A stretch of DNA of 64,000 bases from Bacteroidia bacterium (lineage in GTDB: Bacteria > Bacteroidota > Bacteroidia > M30B66), in the NCBI GenBank assembly GCA_965279035.1, contig OZ257142.1, positions 320,001 through 384,000 of the forward strand, read 5' to 3'. Shown here one piece after another: positions 28,458 to 39,128 of the stretch (position 1 is its first letter; every line of letters begins with the position of its first letter). A program made the position numbers and the translations under genes. The notes beneath the pieces were generated by a model. The model did not search any database. It was not told where the DNA came from and worked only from the letters and a program-made list of their open reading frames with translations.

Positions 28458-30406
28458 TAGTTCATGTTTTCCTGTCGAGCTAGGAGTTCTTCCCACTTAA
28501 GCATTTGATCGTCCAACTCTTTCTTTAACGCATTGTATTTATTGAGAAAAATAGCCGATTGCTGTTGATTTGAATATAAATCTGGATCAGCCAATTTCTC
28601 TTCTGCCTTTTTAATTTCTTGCTCAAGTTCCGAAACACGAATTTCACAATTTCGAACTTGCGTTTGAACTTGCTTTAGCTCTTTTTCCGAACTTCTATTT
28701 TGAATTTGTTTATTTGCCAAAGCGTCTGCCTTTTGCTCAACTTTCAACTCTGCCTTGGCTTTACTTATGTCCTTTTTCACTTCTAATTGACGAAGGCTTT
28801 CCAATTTGCGGCTCTGCAAAAACTCAAATATTCCTCCTGGGAATTCTTTGATTTTACCTTCATTAAACTCGTAAACCTTGTTGCACAATCCATCCAAAAA
28901 CTCCCGGTCGTGTGATACAAGAATCATCGTTCCATTATATTGTCGAAGTGCTCCTTTTAAGATGTCTTTTGAGCGCATATCAAGGTGATTCGTTGGCTCA
29001 TCGAGGATAAGTAAATTTACCGGCTCTAAAAGTAAGCGAGCAAGTGCCAATCGTCCCTTTTCCCCTCCCGATAACACACGAACTTTCTTATCAACAGCAT
29101 CACCGCTAAAGAGAAAAGAACCCAAAATACTACGTAATTGCTGTGTTGGAATATTCCGGGCAATTTGTTCTAAGGTTTCTAATACAGTAGCATTAGGATC
29201 TAATAATTCTGCTTGATTCTGAGCAAAATATCCAATCTTCACATTGTGCCCAATCGTTACAGTTCCTTCATGCTCAAGGTGTCCTGTGATGATTTTTGAC
29301 AAGGTGGTTTTACCTTCTCCATTTCGACCAACAAAGGCTATTTTTTCTCCCCGTTCAACTAAAAAATCAAGGTCTTTAAGAATAACTTTCTCACCGAAAG
29401 CTTTACGAATATGATGTGCTTCTAAAACAACCTTTCCCGAACGAGGTGCATCTGGAAAACGAAAATGGATCGCTGCATTGTCTTCGTCTTCCACTTCAAT
29501 TCGCTCAACTTTATCCAATTGCTTTATCCGTGATTGAACCTGAACTGCTTTGGAAGCTTTTGCACGAAAACGATCGATGAACTTTTCTGTATCCTCAATC
29601 ATTTTCTTTTGATTCATATAAGCTGCCATCTGTTGATCTCGACGCTCTTGCCGAAGAACAACATAGCGAGAATATGAAGCTTTATAATCTTCTATTTTTC
29701 CTAAAGTAATTTCAATAGTTCTAGCTGTAACGGCATCTAAAAAAGCCCTGTCATGTGATACAAGTACTACTGCTCCCGGATAGCCTGCAAGAAATTCTTC
29801 CAGCCATTGAATTGATTCAATATCCAAGTGGTTTGTTGGCTCATCGAGTAAAACAGCATCAGGCATTTGAAGTAAAATCTTTGCTAACTCAACGCGCATT
29901 TTCCATCCTCCCGAAAATTCATCCATCGACCGATGTAAATCACTCGGCTTAAAACCTAGACCAAGAAGGATTTTTTCTGTTTCCCCATCAATGCTCCCTC
30001 CACCTAAAAGCGAAAGTCGTTGACCAGCATCATTCAATCGTTCAATAATTTCATGATACTCGTCCGATTCATAATCCGTACGTGTTTCAAGTGCATGACT
30101 AAGATCATTCAACTCTTTTTCTAAAGACAAAACCTCGTCAAAAGCAGTTCTGGCTTCCTCAAAAATTGTTTTACCGGTAGCATGCTTCATTTCTTGAGGC
30201 AAATATCCAATACGATATCCCGAAGGGACAGAGATGGTGCCTTTTGTTGGATCCTGCTGCTTGCTAATAATTTTTAATAGCGTCGACTTACCTGCTCCAT
30301 TTTTCCCTGTTAAACCCACTTTGTCGCGGGCTTGAATCATAAAAGAGATGTCCTCAAATAACGGTTTCCCGTTAAATACTACTGATAAATTTCCTACTGT
30401 AATCAT
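28457..30406 (-). CDS. ABC-F family ATPase
   Basis: Two ABC domains (GKNGAGKST, GRNGEGKTT), two LDEPTNHLD motifs, C-terminal coiled coil, no TM segments. Confidence 0.95.
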   Translation of the reverse strand: MITVGNLSVVFNGKPLFEDISFMIQARDKVGLTGKNGAGKSTLLKIISKQQDPTKGTISVPSGYRIGYLPQEMKHATGKTIFEEARTAFDEVLSLEKELNDLSHALETRTDYESDEYHEIIERLNDAGQRLSLLGGGSIDGETEKILLGLGFKPSDLHRSMDEFSGGWKMRVELAKILLQMPDAVLLDEPTNHLDIESIQWLEEFLAGYPGAVVLVSHDRAFLDAVTARTIEITLGKIEDYKASYSRYVVLRQERRDQQMAAYMNQKKMIEDTEKFIDRFRAKASKAVQVQSRIKQLDKVERIEVEDEDNAAIHFRFPDAPRSGKVVLEAHHIRKAFGEKVILKDLDFLVERGEKIAFVGRNGEGKTTLSKIITGHLEHEGTVTIGHNVKIGYFAQNQAELLDPNATVLETLEQIARNIPTQQLRSILGSFLFSGDAVDKKVRVLSGGEKGRLALARLLLEPVNLLILDEPTNHLDMRSKDILKGALRQYNGTMILVSHDREFLDGLCNKVYEFNEGKIKEFPGGIFEFLQSRKLESLRQLEVKKDISKAKAELKVEQKADALANKQIQNRSSEKELKQVQTQVRNCEIRVSELEQEIKKAEEKLADPDLYSNQQQSAIFLNKYNALKKELDDQMLKWEELLARQENMN

Positions 30407-30489
30407 TCGGGCGCAAAGGTAGACATATCCAAACTGTTTACAACCCTCTTGTTCTCTGCAATCTGCTTAACTTTACCAAAAATTTTCTA

Positions 30490-30870
30490 ATGGCTTTTCG
30501 GACAAGTAAAATTTATTCCATTGTAACGTGTTCCTGTCCTCGATGCCATTCAGGTCAAATGTTCGTTAACAAAAATCCTTATAAGCTCGAAAATTGGGAT
30601 AAAATGTATAGCGATTGTCCAACATGCCATTTACATTTCGAAAGAGAACCTGGGTTTTTCCAAGGTGCGATGTACGTAAGCTATGCACTAGGAGTTGCTT
30701 TAAGTATAATTGTGCTTCTGTTTAATGTTATTATTGGTTTTAATACAACCCGATTTTTTATACTAAATACCCTCGCTTTAATTGTTTTTGCTCCTTTGTT
30801 ATTCCGTTGGGCAAGAAGCCTTTATTTAGCAATCTTCATTAAATTTGATAAATCAAAAATTTCACATTAA
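30490..30870 (+). CDS. DUF983 membrane protein
   Basis: CPRC...CPTC...EREPGFF.GAMYVSY motif. Confidence 0.88.
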   Translation: MAFRTSKIYSIVTCSCPRCHSGQMFVNKNPYKLENWDKMYSDCPTCHLHFEREPGFFQGAMYVSYALGVALSIIVLLFNVIIGFNTTRFFILNTLALIVFAPLLFRWARSLYLAIFIKFDKSKISH

Positions 30871-31535
30871 GAGAAACGCGAGATGTTTTGTATTTCATCA
30901 TATTCCAAAATTTTTACTCCCTGAGGTTGATGTATTGAGAGTTCTAACATTGCTTTAGCTACATCTAGTGCTTTAATCGCTTTATATTTTCTCATAGAAC
31001 CTATAAGTGTCCATGAAAATAATTTCATAGCACTTTTGCTCAATAATTCTCCTAACCTAAATTCCTTTCTTGCTCCAAGTAAAACGGAAGGTCTTGCAAT
31101 GACAAGACTCTCAAATTTTTTATTGATTAAAGCATCCTCCAACTCTCCTTTACATTTTAAATAAAAATTTCCTGATTTAGAATTTGCTCCAACAGAGGAC
31201 TGAATGATGAAATGCTTTACTGCATGTTTGATTGCTAAGTCGGCTATTTTTAAAGGGATTTCTACATCCGTATTATAAAATGATTTTTCAGAGCCCGCCT
31301 TTTTTATTGTTGTTCCTAAGCAACATATTACGACATCAACTAGTGGGAAATTGACTTCTAGTTCATTAAGAAAATTCTGATTAATAATCTCTGTTAATTT
31401 AGGATGCGTTTTTCCTGTTGATGTTCTTCCAAACACATAACATTCATCAATACTTGAATTCTGAAGTGCTTTATCTAAAAACAAAGAACCTGTTAATCCG
31501 GTTCAGCCAATTAAAAGCAATTTAATTCGACTCAT
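30867..31535 (-). pseudogene. NAD(P)-binding oxidoreductase (YraR/TIP30-like) with in-frame TGA at codon 11
   Basis: ATG 31535 gives MSRIKLLLIG*TGLTGSLFL, then CCLGTT, SSVGA, Y...K and RPS.LLG.R motifs. TGA at 31503-31505. Confidence 0.75.
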
Positions 31536-32296
31536 TATTTTCTAGCTCTCTTTAAATAATACTTATACCCTCTGTTTTTCTTCGCGTCGTATTTATTTAT
31601 TTTAAAAATCGCTTGAGCTGTTATTCCTAATGAAATTCGCTTGTCTGGAGTCGCACTCGTAGAAGATGTTTCTGGTTTTATCAAGGATGTAAAACCATAC
31701 ATTGCCCTAAATGTAGCCGAAAAAGCAAAGGTTTCTGATAAACTATAAAATAATCCAGCACCTGCTACAAAACTATATGTTACTGGTTTAAAATATTGCT
31801 TGTTAACTCCCGGAACCAAGGGTATTGCATTTCTTGATTCGCCAGCTATCGTATTTACACTTTGTAAAAAACTAATTTGTGGGCCTGCTTCAACAGTTAA
31901 TCCTTGGTGGTGTGTAGGACAAAATGAGAATAGCAGAGGAATATCTATATATGCTAAGCGGAGTCGATATTTAAAAAAGGCATTGGGGTCAATAATTCCT
32001 TGCCCTGGAAAAAAACGATACGATTGATTTACTCGTGAATAATTTGTCTCGATTTTAATCCCATATATTTTTCGAGAATAATAACCTCCATGATCAAAAT
32101 ATAAAGCCCCTGTTAAGCCTCCTCCATACCCTCCAGAAAAAACATAAGTTGAATCTCCGCCATCATATTTAATGGTTTTTGCTAACAGTTGTGAAGCATA
32201 ATAAGATACATTTCCTCCAAAATGAAATGTTTGCCCAAAAGCAATCTTTCCAAAAACTAGAAAAACTAAACAGATATATGTCTTCAAAAATCTCAC
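31535..32296 (-). CDS. outer membrane beta-barrel protein (porin family)
   Basis: Probable GTG start 32296, signal peptide ending AFG-Q; YIDIPLL and EAGPQISFL motifs. Confidence 0.72.
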   Translation of the reverse strand: MRFLKTYICLVFLVFGKIAFGQTFHFGGNVSYYASQLLAKTIKYDGGDSTYVFSGGYGGGLTGALYFDHGGYYSRKIYGIKIETNYSRVNQSYRFFPGQGIIDPNAFFKYRLRLAYIDIPLLFSFCPTHHQGLTVEAGPQISFLQSVNTIAGESRNAIPLVPGVNKQYFKPVTYSFVAGAGLFYSLSETFAFSATFRAMYGFTSLIKPETSSTSATPDKRISLGITAQAIFKINKYDAKKNRGYKYYLKRARK

Positions 32297-32379
32297 GTTC
32301 TTGGCTAACCTACGAAATATAATAAAACTGGGTACATTGTATTTCTTTACTTGTAAGAAAGTACGAAAGCTTGTTAAAC

Positions 32380-32414
32380 AAAACACCCTGCAAATCATTG
32401 AAGATTGCAGGGTG
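32380..32414 (-). terminator. groEL terminator
   Basis: caccctgcaa/ttgcagggtg stem followed by a T run on the minus strand. Confidence 0.8.
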
Positions 32415-32440
32415 CTTAAATAGTTTAATATAATCGGAAA

Positions 32441-34385
<1,945 letters not shown>

Positions 34386-34419
34386 GTTTTTTTGATTTTA
34401 CAGTTATGTTTTGGCGCTT

Positions 34420-34434
34420 GCGAATGATATGCCA
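34420..34434 (-). promoter_or_regulatory. sigma54 -24/-12 promoter upstream of groES
   Basis: TGGCATATCATTCGC has exact GG-N10-GC spacing and is close to the consensus TGGCAC-N5-TTGC. Confidence 0.65.
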
Positions 34435-34445
34435 CCGAAGCTGTT

Positions 34446-34459
34446 TGACAATATTGTCA
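34446..34459. promoter_or_regulatory. palindromic operator/UAS TGACA-ATAT-TGTCA
   Basis: Perfect 14-bp palindrome. The same TGACA-N4-TGTCA pattern occurs at 38995-39008. Confidence 0.65.
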
Positions 34460-34480
34460 GTCTATCAATTGATGCAAAAA

Positions 34481-34518
34481 AAAATCGTGTCAGCCCGGTG
34501 ACAGACTGACACGATTTT
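34481..34518 (-). terminator. secG terminator hairpin containing TGACA boxes
   Basis: aaaatcgtgtcag/ctgacacgatttt 13-bp stem with an adjacent A run (U tract on the minus strand). Confidence 0.7.
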
Positions 34519-34545
34519 GTTAAGTATTATGAATTAATTGGCAGG

Positions 34546-34869
34546 CTATGGTGCTGCTGGAGCAGGTGCTGGCGTTGGAGCAGGTGCTGGAGCGCTTGCC
34601 GATTCTGCTTTCTCTTGACTTACCGATTGCTGTTGCTTGGGTTCTGAAGAATTGTTCATAACAGTCGACAATAAACAAAGTACGACTAATACAGCAACTA
34701 AAGTCCATGTCGACTTCTCAAGAAAGTCAGTTGTCTTACGAACTCCCATTACTTGGTTGCTCGCTGAAAATGTAGAGGAAAGTCCACCTCCTTTTGAATT
34801 CTGAACAAGCACTACTAGAATCAATAAAATTGATGCAAGAATGATGAGTGCTGAAATTATACCGGTCAT
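34546..34869 (-). CDS. secG: preprotein translocase subunit SecG
   Basis: VLVQNSKGGGL...FLEKSTW motif, two TM helices, Pro/Ala tail. Confidence 0.95.
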   Translation of the reverse strand: MTGIISALIILASILLILVVLVQNSKGGGLSSTFSASNQVMGVRKTTDFLEKSTWTLVAVLVVLCLLSTVMNNSSEPKQQQSVSQEKAESASAPAPAPTPAPAPAAP

Positions 34870-35735
34870 ATTAAATCAGGATTTTCCAGTTTTTGTATAA
34901 GGGCGGCAAAGTAACCGCTTTTATCCGGATATAACAAACTTAATTTTTGATAAATACGAATCGCCTTTTCTATATTTCCTTGTTCTGCATAAATTTTAGC
35001 TAGCGTTTCTGATACGATATCATCATTGTCTTCAACACTTTTTTTAGCCATAATAATCGGAGAAAAGAACTCAGTCTTTACTGGCTTACTTATTCTTGGT
35101 TCCGTTTGTATAAATCGCTCAATCAGTTGTTCTTTTTGAACAAACTCTTCTTTTGAATTAACCCCTATTTGCTCCTTTGATTTGTTTTCAGATTTATACT
35201 GATTTAACCACTCATAAAAACTATGTTTCCCTTGTAATTTCTCAGCAAAATCAAGGTCAACACTAACTTCTATCACTTTTTCTAGAGTTGGTTTGTCGAC
35301 TTGTTCTTCTCGTTTTTCTTCCTCTATTTTCTCAGTTTCAATTCGACTAATTTCAGGGTAATTCAGAATTTGAGAAACAATATCCAATGAATTTACTTCA
35401 CTTATTTCTAGCCTGTTAATCTCTTCTGAATTAGGCCGAACCCTTGTCTCTTCAATGGTTTCAACAACAGTTATTAATGGTTCTTTAGAAAGCGTTTTTT
35501 GATTTGTTGGATTATGTAAATTATAAAGCACCTTTCTATCACCAGAATAAAGTGCTGCATTCTTTAATGCTTCGGGAAATCGAATATCTCTCGATTGGTT
35601 TAATGCCATTGAAAGCAGAATGTGTGCTCCTGAAAAAAATGGGTACATTTTAATTACCTCATCAAAATCATTTAATGAATTTGATGGAATTTTTTCCGAG
35701 TGCTTAATAAAATCAAGAAATTCCTCGCGTTTCAT
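34866..35735 (-). CDS. hypothetical protein with C-terminal TPR-like helix pair
   Basis: YPFF near the N-terminus; SETLAKIYAEQG..EKAI.IY.KL.L.YP.KS.YFA at the C-terminus. Confidence 0.75.
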   Translation of the reverse strand: MKREEFLDFIKHSEKIPSNSLNDFDEVIKMYPFFSGAHILLSMALNQSRDIRFPEALKNAALYSGDRKVLYNLHNPTNQKTLSKEPLITVVETIEETRVRPNSEEINRLEISEVNSLDIVSQILNYPEISRIETEKIEEEKREEQVDKPTLEKVIEVSVDLDFAEKLQGKHSFYEWLNQYKSENKSKEQIGVNSKEEFVQKEQLIERFIQTEPRISKPVKTEFFSPIIMAKKSVEDNDDIVSETLAKIYAEQGNIEKAIRIYQKLSLLYPDKSGYFAALIQKLENPDLI

Positions 35736-36226
35736 TACCAATTAATAAGTGCTTTGTTAAAAATATCTTGGATTATTTGCTGATTAACTTGCTTTATTAA
35801 TTCTGTTTCTACAGAAACTAAATTCTGACTACTTGGAAAATCTACAAACCGAGAAAAACTACTATCAAAATCTTTTGTCGGCTCTAAATTGTTCGTGAAT
35901 TTTACATTAACCGTTATGGTTAAACGATTCGTTGAAGCTGTTTGATTTCCAACTCCAACAGGGCCTATCCGATAATCAGTTATTGCCCCTTCCAATTGAA
36001 GATCTCCTTTTTTCTGAACCAATGAAAGTGGACTTTGGCTTTGGAAAAAATTTCTCAAATCTTCTGTAAACGACTGACTTAATGTTGGCTGAACGAGTGC
36101 TGCATTATTAGGAAAAAATAAAATGGAGATAGATTTAGCCTCCCCATAATTTCCTCCGGATAAAGAAAGCTTGCAAGAGCTCAATAAAACTGAAATAATG
36201 AAAGTGAAAACAAAAATCCTTTTCAT
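35735..36226 (-). CDS. lptE: LptE family lipoprotein
   Basis: Lipobox LSSC; LEGAITDY and RLTITVNVKF motifs. Confidence 0.75.
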   Translation of the reverse strand: MKRIFVFTFIISVLLSSCKLSLSGGNYGEAKSISILFFPNNAALVQPTLSQSFTEDLRNFFQSQSPLSLVQKKGDLQLEGAITDYRIGPVGVGNQTASTNRLTITVNVKFTNNLEPTKDFDSSFSRFVDFPSSQNLVSVETELIKQVNQQIIQDIFNKALINW

Positions 36227-36227
36227 G

Positions 36228-37475
36228 TCAGAGATTTATGCCGTATTCCTTTATTTTTCGATAGAGTGTTCTTTCAGAAATGCCCAACTCTTTCGCCGCA
36301 TTCTTTCTTCTTCCTCTATACTTTTCCAAAGCCTTAATAATTAATTCCTTTTCCCGATCTTCTAATGACAAACTTTCTTCTTCCACTTCAATATGTTCGG
36401 TTAATGGTGGATTTGAAGGAGTAATATAAGCAGCACCAGGCGTTGGAGTGGTCGAAGGTGAATTCGTTTGATAAAGAGGTTGTTGTTGAATGTCACTATA
36501 AAGTTTACTAATAATTTGGGCATTGTCTTCATGAAAATGTTGATCCGCGACACCATTTTGAAGAAATCCAAGCATGAGCTTTTTCATATCCACCATGTCC
36601 TTCTTCATATCGAAAAGAACTTTATATAGAATATCTCTTTCTGAAAAATCGCCCGAACCATCTTGTCTCGATAATGCAGGAACCATGCTTCCATGAGGAC
36701 TGGGAAGATAACGCGCTAAAACCTCTGGTGATACATTCCGTTCATTTTCAATAATTGAAATCTGTTCTGTAACGTTTTTCAATTGTCGTACATTCCCTGG
36801 CCATCTATATTTTACTAATACTTGTTGAGAGTTTTCATCTAAACGAATAGACGGCATTTTATATTTATCAGCAAAGTCGGACGCAAATTTCCGAAACAAT
36901 AAAACGATATCATTTCCTCTCTCTCGCAGCGCTGGAATAATAATAGGAACAGTATTTAATCGATAATATAAATCTTCCCGAAATTTCCCTTTATCAATTG
37001 CCTCAGGAATATTCACATTGGTAGCAGCAACAATGCGTACATCTGTTTTTAATACTTTGGAAGAACCAACTTTAATAAATTCCCCTGTTTCAAGAACGCG
37101 AAGCAACCTCACTTGGGTTTGCAATGGCAATTCAGCCACTTCATCCAAAAAAATCGTCCCTCCACTAGCAACTTCAAAATACCCCTTTCGTGCTTCATTT
37201 GCTCCCGTAAATGAGCCTTTTTCATGTCCGAAAAGCTCTGAGTCTATTGTCCCTTCAGGGATAGCTCCGCAGTTTACTGCTATAAAAGATCCGTGTTTTC
37301 GGGTAGAAAAACTATGAATTACTTTGGAAAAGACTTCTTTCCCCGTGCCACTTTCTCCAGTTATTAATACTGTTAAATCCGTTGCTGCAACTCTCCAAGC
37401 TGTATCTATTGCTCTATCCAACGATGGTGATGAGCCAATAATTCCAAACCTATTTTTAATGTCTTGAATATTCAT
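36228..37475 (-). CDS. sigma54-dependent Fis-family activator lacking an N-terminal sensory domain
   Basis: GESGTGKE, ESELFGH-like DSELFGHEKGSFTGA, FLDE, FREDLYYRL, WPGNVRQL and C-terminal HTH AAKELGISERTLYRK. The AAA+ domain starts at about residue 10. Confidence 0.95.
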   Translation of the reverse strand: MNIQDIKNRFGIIGSSPSLDRAIDTAWRVAATDLTVLITGESGTGKEVFSKVIHSFSTRKHGSFIAVNCGAIPEGTIDSELFGHEKGSFTGANEARKGYFEVASGGTIFLDEVAELPLQTQVRLLRVLETGEFIKVGSSKVLKTDVRIVAATNVNIPEAIDKGKFREDLYYRLNTVPIIIPALRERGNDIVLLFRKFASDFADKYKMPSIRLDENSQQVLVKYRWPGNVRQLKNVTEQISIIENERNVSPEVLARYLPSPHGSMVPALSRQDGSGDFSERDILYKVLFDMKKDMVDMKKLMLGFLQNGVADQHFHEDNAQIISKLYSDIQQQPLYQTNSPSTTPTPGAAYITPSNPPLTEHIEVEEESLSLEDREKELIIKALEKYRGRRKNAAKELGISERTLYRKIKEYGINL

Positions 37476-37487
37476 TTTCCGCTTGAA

Positions 37488-38945
37488 TTAATGACCAGGA
37501 GCAATTCCTATTGCATTTCCGAGTAATGTCGCTTGTGTGCAATCATGAATTATAACATCAACTAAATCTCCCGCTTTATAATTCTCTTTGGGAAATACAA
37601 CCACTTTGTTTTCAGAACTTCTACCTGATACAAATTCTGATGAACGCTTTGAATCTCCCTCAATTAATACTCTCACCGTTTTCCCAATATCCAATTGATT
37701 GCTTTTCTTGGATAATCGATTTTGAACATGGATAATTTCTGACAAACGTCTTCCTTTAGTTTCTTCTGGAATATCATCAGTATATTTTCGTTCTGCTAGT
37801 GTTTTCGGCCTTTCTGAGTATTTATACATATATGAAAAGTCAAATTCCGACCACTCCATCAAACTTAATGTGTCTTGATGTTGTTCTTCTGTTTCTGAAC
37901 AGAATCCTGTAATAATATCAGATGAAATTCCACATCCTGGTAATATTCTACGAATCGTTTTTATGCGTTCCATATACCACTCACGCGTGTACCCTCGGTT
38001 CATTTTTTCTAGTAGTTCAGTATTTCCCGATTGAACTGGCAAATGAATATAATTGCAGATGTTATGATGCTTTGCCATTGTCTCTAATACTGCATCACTC
38101 ATGTCTTTAGGATGTGATGTAGAAAAACGTATCCGCATATTGGGTGATGAAATTGCCACTCGCTCTAAAAGTTGAGCAAAATTGACCGCGTCTTTCAACT
38201 CTTCATCAGAATACATCTCTTTTTTTAGTCCTCCACCAGAAAAAAGATAAGAATCAACGTTCTGTCCTAATAAGGTTACTTCTCGATATCCATTTTCATA
38301 AAGGTCTTTTACCTCTTGTATAATGGTGTGTGGATCTCGGCTTCGTTCTCGTCCGCGAGTAAATGGAACAACACAAAATGAACACATGTTATCGCAGCCA
38401 CGCGTAATCGATACAAATGCGGTGACTCCATTTCCGCCTAATCGAACTGGAGAAATATCTGCGTAAGTTTCTTCTTTAGATAAAATTACATTGATTGCCT
38501 TTCTACCATCTTCAGCTGTAGCAATTAAGTTAGGCAAATCACGATAGGCATCTGGTCCAACTACCATATCAACCAACTTCTCCTCTTCCATTAATTTTGA
38601 TTTTAACCGTTCGGCCATACAGCCTAAAACGCCAATAATCAACTCTGGCTTTGCTTTTTTGGCTTTGTTATATTCTGTTAACCTTTGTCGAACACGTTGC
38701 TCTGCATTGTCTCGAATGGCGCAGGTGTTTACAAATATCAAATCGGCTTCTTCCATTTTTGTTGTGGTCGAAAAACCCTCCTTGATTAATATAGAGGCTA
38801 CAATCTCGCTATCCGCGAAGTTCATAGCACATCCATAACTTTCTAGAAACATCTTTTTTCCTCGTCCCGATTCTACTATATCAGGCAAAACAAGAGCTTC
38901 TCCTTGCCTAGTTTCGTCTATTTCTTTCGTTGATAGATCTTTCAT
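37488..38945 (-). CDS. miaB: tRNA methylthiotransferase MiaB
   Basis: GCAMN, NTCAIR, radical SAM motif CDNMCSFC and C-terminal TRAM domain. Confidence 0.96.
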   Translation of the reverse strand: MKDLSTKEIDETRQGEALVLPDIVESGRGKKMFLESYGCAMNFADSEIVASILIKEGFSTTTKMEEADLIFVNTCAIRDNAEQRVRQRLTEYNKAKKAKPELIIGVLGCMAERLKSKLMEEEKLVDMVVGPDAYRDLPNLIATAEDGRKAINVILSKEETYADISPVRLGGNGVTAFVSITRGCDNMCSFCVVPFTRGRERSRDPHTIIQEVKDLYENGYREVTLLGQNVDSYLFSGGGLKKEMYSDEELKDAVNFAQLLERVAISSPNMRIRFSTSHPKDMSDAVLETMAKHHNICNYIHLPVQSGNTELLEKMNRGYTREWYMERIKTIRRILPGCGISSDIITGFCSETEEQHQDTLSLMEWSEFDFSYMYKYSERPKTLAERKYTDDIPEETKGRRLSEIIHVQNRLSKKSNQLDIGKTVRVLIEGDSKRSSEFVSGRSSENKVVVFPKENYKAGDLVDVIIHDCTQATLLGNAIGIAPGH

Positions 38946-38962
38946 GTGTCAATTAAGGATTG

Positions 38963-39008
38963 CAAAAGTAGTTAATCTCCTTGGGGTGACAAAATGACAC
39001 CTGTGTCA
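38963..39008 (-). promoter_or_regulatory. miaB-operon promoter overlapped by TGACA boxes
   Basis: -7 box TACTTTTG (38963-38970) and -33 TTTG (38990-38993), 19 nt apart. TGACA at 38987 and 38995, TGTCA at 39004. Confidence 0.7.
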
Positions 39009-39128
39009 GTGTGTGATTTCTTCCTCGTTTTAGGTTGTTGTTATCACGAGAGATTGATTTTAATTTGCAAAGGCCGGATTACTTTCTGTTTCTTTGTCGC
39101 CTTTCACCATCATAAAATTTTGCTTAAA

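Noticed and set aside
31503-31505. Genome-wide TGA reassignment (genetic code 4 or 25)
   Set aside because: Many well-defined genes here end at TGA (for example nadE and the M28 gene), and no other internal TGA was needed to explain a gene.
34549-34600. Short DNA repeats in the secG 3' end
   Set aside because: They simply encode the Pro/Ala-rich tail.
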